Shown here in pieces: positions 56,537 through 64,000 of a stretch of DNA of 64,000 nt (positions within the stretch are counted from its first letter, which is position 1; the number at the start of each line of letters is the position of its first letter). Under the pieces are notes generated by a model, which worked only from the letters and a program-made list of their open reading frames with translations, had not been told where the DNA came from and did no database searches. This stretch comes from Candidatus Ozemobacteraceae bacterium (GTDB lineage Bacteria > Muiribacteriota > Ozemobacteria > Ozemobacterales > Ozemobacteraceae). The position numbers and the translations under genes were made by a program. The DNA lies in assembly GCA_965140445.1 (NCBI GenBank), contig OZ223236.1:5088001-5152000 (forward strand). Reading direction: 5' to 3'.

Positions 56537-59435
56537 ACCTCAAAATCAGCATACTTACATCGTCGTCCAGAATTCCTCCCCAGTCAGAACACACATCGAC
56601 CATCCTTCCGAAATACTCAGATAAATCCCTTGAGTAGCAGGTTTTAATTAAATGCTCAAATCTTTTAAAACCAAACAGTTCTCCATAAGCATTTTTTGCT
56701 TCTATAAAGCCGTCAGAATAAAGGAAAAGCAGGTCGCCAGATCCTAATTGGTTTTGTAGTTCAGAGTAAAAATCCCGATAGTTTTTGCCTAGAGGAAGAC
56801 CGCCAGCTTTAACATATTCAAGAACTCCGTTTTTTCGCAGAATAATTGGAAAACAATGCCCAGCACTGCTAACTGAAAACTCTCCAGTTTCCGTATCAAG
56901 TAAAATACACTGGCAAGTCATCATTCGATTCCAGCCTTGCTCTTTTAAGTGCTTCAACAAATGGTTTCCTTGAATAAGAACGTCAGCTGCCTTTTCAACT
57001 ATTTTATCTTCATTACAAATACTCACCACGGCTTTCATCATTGCCATAATTAAGGCCGCAGGAACTCCATGGCCAGCAACGTCCCCAAAAACAATTCCAA
57101 GCTTTTTATCAGAGACAGAAAAATAATCGAAGTAATCTCCCCCCATCCTGCTCATAAATTCTGATTTTGCAAATATGCTGGCCTTGCCACTTGTCACATT
57201 TTCTTTAGGCAACAAGCTTTCTTGAATGGCACCAGCCAAAGCAAGCTCACCCATCCCCTCCATAGTTTCATTTAAAGCGCGGATTAAATCACCAAACTCA
57301 TCCTGGGAATCATAACCAATCCGATGACGAAAATTTCTCTCTGAAATCTCTTTGATACCATCTTTAATGTGAGAAAGGGGCACAAAAAAGCTCTTGGAGA
57401 AGAACCATACAATGAAGAAAATAAAAATAAACCCACCTGCTCCAACAACAAAAAAACTAATCTTTAAAGTTCCAATTTGCCCCTCTACGAGATCTCTTGG
57501 ATAAATATAAACCAAAGATGCTTCTGACAATTTATTGCCCATCAGCGAGCTGGCAATGTAGTTCTTTCCATCAACGACAATATCATCTTCATAAATATTT
57601 TTCCTCGTCATAGTTCTATGAAGAATCTTACGCAAATCAGATTGATTGTTTAGAGAAGTTGGAAAAATCTGTTCAGTAGTTTTTTCCATCGCAATAATTT
57701 TTCCAGGAGCAAGAGCCTTGTTTGCTCTTTCCATCTCCATTTCAAAAAATGCCCGCTGAAAAGACTCAAATTCCCAGGAAACAATTGCCATACCCCAGTT
57801 TGAAAATGTTTTCTGTTGCCCAACCAGACTTAGATATGTCCATCTCTTAGAAGAACCAAAATTTTGAATACTAATCTTCTTTAAGCAATCAAGAACACCG
57901 TTAAGCACTGTTATCTCAGAGGAAAAGCCTGCAAAACTTGTTCCTTCTCGCATATCATTTTTCTCTGAATGATTGAAGTAATCCAATACCTTTGCAAAAA
58001 AATCATTTAATAAGTCCGAATGCAACGGGTCAATGTTTTTGCCGGTACAAAAAACCTTTTTTCCACCAACTTTAAATAACGCAGATTCACTTGGCTCGAA
58101 GCCCTCAATCAATTTTTTAAATTCACCTATGACTTCATCGCTCCAAACCTTTTTCCCAAATTGTTTGTTTCTCTTAAAAATGAAATCGTTAAGCTTGCGT
58201 GAAATATTATTTCCAGTGTCAGAATATCGAATATCAAATTCACGTAAAACCGTTGCCCCATCCAAATGAACACTATTAATAAGCGTTTTTCGTTTGTAAT
58301 GGAAGAATTCATACCCCGTGGAAACAAGAATAATTAAAGGAAGAATATTTGCAAAAATAAACAATAAAAGCATTTTTCCACGAACGGTCAATACCCATCC
58401 ACGCTTTCGCAGAAAAAAACAATATGCAATAAAGCCTAAAACAATAACTTTCGCCAAACCTGAAACAATTAGTTTATTTCTATGCTGTGCAACGCTGGCT
58501 AGATTTCCATTTTTTGCCAGATAGCTGAAAACCAGTATCTTTGGAGAAACCTGGCGAAATAACAAAAAGAAATTTTTGCTTTCAAGAAATGAATAAGAGG
58601 AATTTACAAATTTCTGAGCCTCAATTTTTATTTCAATGGCCTGCTGCTCTGAAACATCTAACCCAAACCCCTTCATATCCAGCAAATTAAAATAGCCAAG
58701 CTTTTGGGGATTTTTTCGCCTGTTAAAGGATTTGATGAGATTTCTCAGTCCAATGTTAGAATTTTTGTATGCGTCACCAATAAAAGCTGCAATTGTAAAA
58801 TTCTTACCCCTCTGATACCAGAAAAAGCTCTTGTCAGGTTTTTCACTAATAGCTATGGTGCTTCCAAGATATCCTTTCTTCAAAGGGTTTTCCATTATGT
58901 CTTCTACAAGGAACTGCCCAAAATAACCTCGCAAAATTGCCATCTTTTGAACAAGATATGTGATTCTACCAGGTGCGGGTGGAAAAACAGTTTCACAATG
59001 CTCTGATAGTTTTTGAAAAGCCTTAAAAGCAACTTTCATTACATATTTGAATCTTTTCTCATCCGTAAGTTCTTTGAGCAATTCCCCAGTGTTCTTCCAA
59101 ACAAAAAATTGAATATTACCTTTAAAGCTTTTCTTAAAAGCCTTAACCATTCTTTCAATTGAAAGATCAGGATTGGATGATTTATCCGCAGCTAAAAAGT
59201 TCTTTTGGAGCAAAACGTGGAGATATCTTCTATCATCATGAAGATTTACCAATTGGTCTAAACTATCGCTCATTTGTTCCTGATAATTCTGAACCAAATT
59301 CTCTCTTTTAATTTCGTAATGACTATTAACCGCAATAGAAAGAAGCATAAGAGGTAAAATCGCGCCATAGGCTAAACGAGCCAATATAAGAAAAATTCTA
59401 CTCGCCACCTTACCCCTCCTTAGATTTGGATACAT
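56520..59435 (-). CDS. Membrane HAMP-SpoIIE (PP2C) phosphatase, copy A
   Basis: Same architecture as copy B: DEFGDL, GGDYFD, GDVAGHG, SAGH, YSDG and DDVS; overlaps the start of copy B. Confidence 0.88.
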   Translation of the reverse strand: MYPNLRRGKVASRIFLILARLAYGAILPLMLLSIAVNSHYEIKRENLVQNYQEQMSDSLDQLVNLHDDRRYLHVLLQKNFLAADKSSNPDLSIERMVKAFKKSFKGNIQFFVWKNTGELLKELTDEKRFKYVMKVAFKAFQKLSEHCETVFPPAPGRITYLVQKMAILRGYFGQFLVEDIMENPLKKGYLGSTIAISEKPDKSFFWYQRGKNFTIAAFIGDAYKNSNIGLRNLIKSFNRRKNPQKLGYFNLLDMKGFGLDVSEQQAIEIKIEAQKFVNSSYSFLESKNFFLLFRQVSPKILVFSYLAKNGNLASVAQHRNKLIVSGLAKVIVLGFIAYCFFLRKRGWVLTVRGKMLLLFIFANILPLIILVSTGYEFFHYKRKTLINSVHLDGATVLREFDIRYSDTGNNISRKLNDFIFKRNKQFGKKVWSDEVIGEFKKLIEGFEPSESALFKVGGKKVFCTGKNIDPLHSDLLNDFFAKVLDYFNHSEKNDMREGTSFAGFSSEITVLNGVLDCLKKISIQNFGSSKRWTYLSLVGQQKTFSNWGMAIVSWEFESFQRAFFEMEMERANKALAPGKIIAMEKTTEQIFPTSLNNQSDLRKILHRTMTRKNIYEDDIVVDGKNYIASSLMGNKLSEASLVYIYPRDLVEGQIGTLKISFFVVGAGGFIFIFFIVWFFSKSFFVPLSHIKDGIKEISERNFRHRIGYDSQDEFGDLIRALNETMEGMGELALAGAIQESLLPKENVTSGKASIFAKSEFMSRMGGDYFDYFSVSDKKLGIVFGDVAGHGVPAALIMAMMKAVVSICNEDKIVEKAADVLIQGNHLLKHLKEQGWNRMMTCQCILLDTETGEFSVSSAGHCFPIILRKNGVLEYVKAGGLPLGKNYRDFYSELQNQLGSGDLLFLYSDGFIEAKNAYGELFGFKRFEHLIKTCYSRDLSEYFGRMVDVCSDWGGILDDDVSMLILRFDDEN

Positions 59436-59540
59436 AAATCATATCAGAACCTACGTAAAAGTGTTAAATACATAACGAGATATAAGCAATTTGTTTGAAT
59501 CATAAACAAAATTGTGACACCCTGAAACAAACACTAAATT

Positions 59541-60770
59541 TTGGATAAAAAAATGAATAACACAGCATTATCCGGTAATAAAAAACAGGAACTTGGTGGC
59601 GGTTGTTTAATGCTTTTCGCCCTTCCGTTCTCCATAGCTGGGCTTATTGCACTTTCTTTGGGCCTCGGCATGCTTAAAACATACTTTCAATCTAAAAACT
59701 GGCTAAAAGTTCCGGCCCAGATAAAAAAAGTAAAACTAAAAGAGTCTAGAGGCAGCAAAGGCAAAAGATTATACAAACTGGAGGGAAAATATACCTACCA
59801 GATTGAAGGCAAGAATTATGTGGGAAACCGAATTTTGCTGGAAAATGGAAGTTCGTCCAATTATCACGAAAAAAAAGACCTTTATAACAAACTAAGAAAA
59901 GCAAAAAAGAAAAAAGAATCATTCCCAATTTTTGTTGATCCTGCGAATCATGAAAGTTCTTTGGTATTTAGAGTAATCACAACAGGGGTAATATTGTTAA
60001 CAGGTATGGGAGGAGTGTTTTCTTCAATTGGGCTTGCAATGTTTTTTGCGGGACTTTTCCAAAAACTAAAAAAGAGCAGGCAGGAAAAAATTCTAAGACT
60101 AAACCCGAATAAACCATGGGTTGCAGATTCAAGATGGAATGGATTCTCAATTGCTACCAACAATAGAACTCAACTGTTCTGGAGTTGGGTATTAGGCATT
60201 TGTTTACCAATGTTTGTATCTATTTTTGTAGTCTTATTATTTAAAGATAAAAACGCCCCGGTTTTTGCATGGTTAATAGTAGGTTTATTTTCTATGTTTG
60301 CATTAGCACTCTTTGTTCATGCAATATACAAAACTATACAACACCTTAAATATGGGGAATCTTTTGCGGTCCTAAATCAAATCCCTCTACGCCCTGGTGA
60401 TGAAGCAAGAATGGCTGTTTTGATTCCAGCAAGATTTAGTGACGGACAAATCATTGATGTTGAAATCTTTTGCGAGAAAAAAACAACAACCGGTAGTGGA
60501 AAGAATTCCACAACACATACCGACAAACTGCACAAAAAGAGCTTCCAGTTAGCAGTTTCCAGCTCAAACCAAAGTAAAAACAGGATTGCCTTACCAGTTG
60601 AGCTTCAAATTCCTGATACTGCAAGGCCTGACAGCATTGATACAAACCCCTCATTTCAATGGAAATTAGTTCTCAAAGCAGACGTTCCCGGAGTAGATTA
60701 CGAGGCAGAATTTCCGCTTCCAGTATTTGAGGTTAAGGATGAGACCCTAATACAAAGGAAATTTGAATAA
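59541..60770 (+). CDS. DUF3592-like membrane protein (ATG 59553 is a likely start)
   Basis: LFALPF...W...A.I...Y.Y...G..Y.G...V.P..S.; four TMs; C-terminal beta domain ending FPLPVF. Confidence 0.7.
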   Translation: MDKKMNNTALSGNKKQELGGGCLMLFALPFSIAGLIALSLGLGMLKTYFQSKNWLKVPAQIKKVKLKESRGSKGKRLYKLEGKYTYQIEGKNYVGNRILLENGSSSNYHEKKDLYNKLRKAKKKKESFPIFVDPANHESSLVFRVITTGVILLTGMGGVFSSIGLAMFFAGLFQKLKKSRQEKILRLNPNKPWVADSRWNGFSIATNNRTQLFWSWVLGICLPMFVSIFVVLLFKDKNAPVFAWLIVGLFSMFALALFVHAIYKTIQHLKYGESFAVLNQIPLRPGDEARMAVLIPARFSDGQIIDVEIFCEKKTTTGSGKNSTTHTDKLHKKSFQLAVSSSNQSKNRIALPVELQIPDTARPDSIDTNPSFQWKLVLKADVPGVDYEAEFPLPVFEVKDETLIQRKFE

Positions 60771-60800
60771 TATCAGTTCTGGGCTCTCCATTTTATTCGC

Positions 60801-60840
60801 TTGACAGCGAGCCCTCGTTAAATACTTTAATATTAAAAGA
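60801..60840 (+). promoter_or_regulatory. Promoter and palindromic operator of the marR-azoR operon
   Basis: TTGACA at 60801; TACTTT -10; overlapping palindrome TTTAATATTAAA (60826-60837). Confidence 0.55.
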
Positions 60841-60858
60841 TTTAAGTGAGGTGTTTAC

Positions 60859-61311
60859 ATGGGCACCCGTCATAAGGGCAAAAAATCAGAAATCATGGCT
60901 CTCGATACGCTCATAAAGCTCTTAAGGGCTTCAGACAGTGTTGAAAGAGCTCTAAGACCAGAATTTTCGAACTATGGTCTAACGGAAAGTCAATTTGGAA
61001 TTCTAGAAGCGCTTTTTCATCTAGGTCCCTTGTCACAAACAGCTATTGGGAAAAAAATTCTCAAAAGTGGTGGCAATATAACTATGGTTATAGACAATCT
61101 TGAAAAACGATCTTTAGTAAAAAGACAAAAAAACCTTTCAGATCGTAGAAAAATCAGAGTTGAATTGACTAAAAAAGGGCTTGAACTAATTAAAGAGATC
61201 TTCCCAGCTCACGCTAAGAAAATCGAGTCAGTAATGTCTTGCCTCTCAAAAGAAGAACAAAGAAGCCTCCAGGAGCTTTGTAAAAAGCTTGGACATGGAC
61301 AAGCTCTATAG
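60859..61311 (+). CDS. MarR-family regulator (MhqR-like)
   Basis: LTESQFGILEAL.H.GP, SGGNITMVIDNLEK and DRR. Confidence 0.9.
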   Translation: MGTRHKGKKSEIMALDTLIKLLRASDSVERALRPEFSNYGLTESQFGILEALFHLGPLSQTAIGKKILKSGGNITMVIDNLEKRSLVKRQKNLSDRRKIRVELTKKGLELIKEIFPAHAKKIESVMSCLSKEEQRSLQELCKKLGHGQAL

Positions 61312-61333
61312 ATCATTGCAATAGGAGTAAAAA

Positions 61334-61957
61334 GTGAAAAAACTATTACATATCATCGCCTCACCAAGAGGCGCAGATTCCAGAAGTCTGAAAATTTCAT
61401 CTCATCTTGAAAAAAAGTTTTTAAAAGCTTACCCAGATCTAACTGTTGACAGACTTGAACTATTTACTGAAGACATACCGGATCTAAACGTCATTCGAGT
61501 TAAAGGAAAGTATGTATTGATGGGTGGCGGTAAGTTGTCTGGTAAGGAAAAAGAATCCTGGGAAAAAATTGAAAAGCACATAGAACGTTTTAAAAAAGCT
61601 GATGTGTATATAATTAGCACACCTATGTGGAACTTTGGGATCCCCTATAAGTTAAAGCAATACATAGATGTAATCTTTCAACCAGGATTTATGTTTACAT
61701 ATACAGAAAATGGGCCTGTAGGGCTCATTACAGATAAGAAACTATATGTTGTTTCTTCCAGAGGAGGAGACTACAGCCCCGAAAGTCCATTTCACGCCTA
61801 TGACCAGCTAGAGCCGTATTTGCGAACAGCCTTTGCATTTATTGGGCTGAAGGACATCTCTTTCATTAACGCTCAACCAATGGACGCAGCTGGCGAAGAT
61901 GTTAGAAATAAAAATATAGAAAGCGCTTTTAAACAAATTGATGAAATTTCAATTTAG
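61334..61957 (+). CDS. azoR: FMN-dependent NADH-azoreductase
   Basis: ASPR...S.S, PMWNFGIP..LKQYID and SRGG.Y. Confidence 0.9.
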   Translation: MKKLLHIIASPRGADSRSLKISSHLEKKFLKAYPDLTVDRLELFTEDIPDLNVIRVKGKYVLMGGGKLSGKEKESWEKIEKHIERFKKADVYIISTPMWNFGIPYKLKQYIDVIFQPGFMFTYTENGPVGLITDKKLYVVSSRGGDYSPESPFHAYDQLEPYLRTAFAFIGLKDISFINAQPMDAAGEDVRNKNIESAFKQIDEISI

Positions 61958-61995
61958 ACAAAAAAGGAAAATCGCGACTTAAAAGTCGCACTAAA

Positions 61996-62057
61996 CTAAG
62001 AAAAAGCTTGTAAGCATCAAACCTCAACGGCTTTGGTGCTTACAAGCTTTTTCTTAG
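61996..62057. terminator. Long bidirectional hairpin terminator
   Basis: CTAAGAAAAAGCTTGTAAGCAtCAAA ... TTTGgTGCTTACAAGCTTTTTCTTAG (26-bp stem with one wobble or mismatch). Confidence 0.75.
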
Positions 62058-62221
62058 GCAACCCACCCAATAAATCGAGTCTTTTCTCAGTTTTCCATTG
62101 TTATCTGCTTCCCCTCAAGCTCACTTTGCCCTGAAAAAAGTCAACAACCTAGATTAAGCAAGATGAACAACAGCAACTTTTTATTTAAACTGAGCAAAAA
62201 AGAATCAGATTTTTTTGCCTA
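62055..62221 (-). ncRNA. Candidate structured ncRNA with a 6S-RNA-like rod fold
   Basis: End-to-end nested complementarity; promoter directly upstream and terminator directly downstream; no useful ORF. Confidence 0.5.
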
Positions 62222-62226
62222 CCTTT

Positions 62227-62248
62227 AGTATAGCAATATTTCTGCCAA
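62227..62248 (-). promoter_or_regulatory. Overlapping sigma54 (-24/-12) and extended -10 promoter for the ncRNA candidate
   Basis: Minus strand TTGGCAG-AAATA-TTGCTATACT: GG-N10-GC plus TGnTATACT; both predict +1 near 62221. Confidence 0.55.
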
Positions 62249-62335
62249 AGTAGTTCTTTTGGGGAAAGTTCTTTTATAAAAAGGAAATTGGGAGAAAAAA
62301 CAAAAAAATCTAAGACAAAAAATGCGACAATTTTG

Positions 62336-64000
62336 TCATTCTTTTAAGGCAATCAATTTTCCAATTGAATTCAAAAGATCAATGCGCTGAAATGGTTTTC
62401 CCAAAAAGTCGTCAGGGCTTACCCCGGACCATTTTGCAGGGACCTCTGCGTATCCACTCATCAACACCACAGGCATCTTTGGATCAATTTTTTTCAACTG
62501 TTCTAACGCTTCTAAACCGCCTAGAACAGGCATGTTCATATCAAGAAGAACAAGAGAAATCTTTTCTGAATTAGCAGTAAAAAGCTTTATAGCTTCCTTT
62601 CCATCTGGAGCAGAAATTACTTCATAACCTGCTTTTTTAAGCATTCTTTCAGTCAAAATTCTAACTGATTTTTCGTCGTCGGCAACCAAAATTGTGCCAG
62701 AACAAGGAGCTTCCAAGGGAAGATCAATATCTTTTTTAGGTATAAGTGGGATTTGCTTTTCATCCGGCAAACACGGAAATAGAACATAAAAAGCAGTACC
62801 TACTCCCAACCGGCTTTCAACACGTATCCCACCACCATGACCTCGAACAATGCCAAGAACAGAAGCAAGCCCCAGCCCTCTTCCGGCACCTTTGGTCGAA
62901 AAAAATGGATCAAAAATTCTTTCGATAGTATCTTCGTCCATTCCTTTCCCAGTATCTTCAACCTTTAAAAAAGCATATTTCTTACCAATCAACTTTTCCT
63001 GATCGGTTGCAAGCATGGAGAAAAATTGAAAGTCATAATCCTTTATTCCGGTTGAAATTGTTATTTGTCCAGCTTCATCTTCAAGTGAATCAGAGGCATT
63101 TATAATCAGATTCATGACAATCTGCCTGACCTGCGACAAATCACATTCGATTAACAACAAGTTTTCGTCAAGATTAAACTTTATTTCAGATTTCTTACTT
63201 AAAGAAGCTTTTACAAGAGCGGAAATCTCCTTGATGAGATCATTCAAATTGCATGGTTCAATTACAAACTGACCTTTTCCAGAATAGTTAAGAAGTTGTT
63301 TATTTAAATCTGAAGAACGCATGGCTGCTTTTTGGATTTCCTGCAAACATGAATGAGCCGGGGAATCATTGCTTAGCTCCAAAACCGCGAGTTCAGCATT
63401 TCCCATAATAGTTGCAAGCATATTGTTAAAATCATGCGCCACGCCCCCTGCCATAAGTCCAAGGCTTTCAAGCCGTTGAACATGCTGCAATTGTGACTCT
63501 AGACGTTCTTTTTCAAGTTGAGACTCTTTCCTTATTGTAATGTTCTTAAAAGTCCCCAAAATCCTTGAAGGGGTAAAATTATCTGCCCATTCAATAACTC
63601 TGCCTCTCTCTTCGACCCAAATCCATTTTCCTGAGAAGTTTTTTAATCGGTATTCAACTTCGTATGCAGGATTTTCTTTAGACAAATTATTCTTCAAGTA
63701 TTCTTCAACCCAAAGTCTGTCGTCAGAAAAAGCACAATCTCTAGCCAATTGGCTAAAAGTTACATCCTTATCCTGACCCAAAACGGTATTACACCAGTTT
63801 GAACTTGCAAAAAGTTTATCTTCCCCAACTTCCCAATCCCAAAATCCATCATTAGTTGATTCCAAAATAAGTTTTAATCGTTCCTGACTGTTTGAAAGAG
63901 CTTCTTTTGAAATTCTAATTTCGTTATACAAAAGGCAGGCTTCAAGTTGCTTTCCGACATATGCGGCGACAAACCTTGCTCGATTAACGTCTATGGCAGA
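62336..64000 (-). CDS. Hybrid PAS-HisKA-HATPase-REC sensor kinase, 5'-truncated by the window edge
   Basis: Frame is open to 64000 (SAIDVNRARFVAAYVGKQLEACLLYNE..., possibly the end of a GAF domain); DGFWDW PAS, GGVAHDFNN, GRGLGL and LLDMNMP. Confidence 0.9.
   Translation of the reverse strand, partial: SAIDVNRARFVAAYVGKQLEACLLYNEIRISKEALSNSQERLKLILESTNDGFWDWEVGEDKLFASSNWCNTVLGQDKDVTFSQLARDCAFSDDRLWVEEYLKNNLSKENPAYEVEYRLKNFSGKWIWVEERGRVIEWADNFTPSRILGTFKNITIRKESQLEKERLESQLQHVQRLESLGLMAGGVAHDFNNMLATIMGNAELAVLELSNDSPAHSCLQEIQKAAMRSSDLNKQLLNYSGKGQFVIEPCNLNDLIKEISALVKASLSKKSEIKFNLDENLLLIECDLSQVRQIVMNLIINASDSLEDEAGQITISTGIKDYDFQFFSMLATDQEKLIGKKYAFLKVEDTGKGMDEDTIERIFDPFFSTKGAGRGLGLASVLGIVRGHGGGIRVESRLGVGTAFYVLFPCLPDEKQIPLIPKKDIDLPLEAPCSGTILVADDEKSVRILTERMLKKAGYEVISAPDGKEAIKLFTANSEKISLVLLDMNMPVLGGLEALEQLKKIDPKMPVVLMSGYAEVPAKWSGVSPDDFLGKPFQRIDLLNSIGKLIALKE

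Noticed and set aside
62087..62098. Micro-ORF ATG GAA AAC TGA on the minus strand within the ncRNA candidate
   Set aside because: Only three codons, the purine-rich stretch is too far upstream, and it lies within the predicted paired region
1..64000. CRISPR arrays, tRNA/rRNA, transposases, integrases, prophage or defence systems
   Set aside because: No regularly spaced repeats or recognisable motifs were seen by eye; tRNAscan, Infernal and DefenseFinder were not run

Overview
Low-GC (visually about 35-40%) chromosomal window from a diderm bacterium (FadL outer-membrane channel, RND pump). The tandem membrane HAMP-SpoIIE phosphatases and a C-terminal pilin-like protein suggest Candidatus Riflebacteria, but this is an inference. 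I saw no rRNA, tRNA, CRISPR array, prophage or IS. Most of the window is housekeeping and signalling genes: dapL-like aminotransferase, hflKC, three hybrid histidine kinases, three PP2C phosphatases, Fur/PerR with rubrerythrin, cmoAB, a QNG1-like salvage enzyme, RND, NCS2, corA, MscS and MarR-azoR. Highlights: (1) a complete PHA locus at 37.7-44.8 kb with a PhaZ7-like exported depolymerase, PhaR repressor, phasin, phaB, two intact class III/IV-size PhaC genes flanking one very small PhaE/PhaR-type subunit, and phaA with a foreign-looking 3' end, plus two PhaR-like operators at the phasin promoter; (2) an unannotated ~170-nt rod-shaped, 6S-like ncRNA at 62.0-62.2 kb with its own promoter and terminator; (3) an unannotated 51-aa membrane peptide that copies the first helix of the downstream sensor kinase; (4) a DUF4178x2 / GK-tail peptide / DUF350 / membrane SpeE / SpeD operon; (5) a secreted MRJP/Yellow + DJ-1/PfpI fusion; (6) four sigma54-type promoters, each in front of a small orphan gene or RNA.
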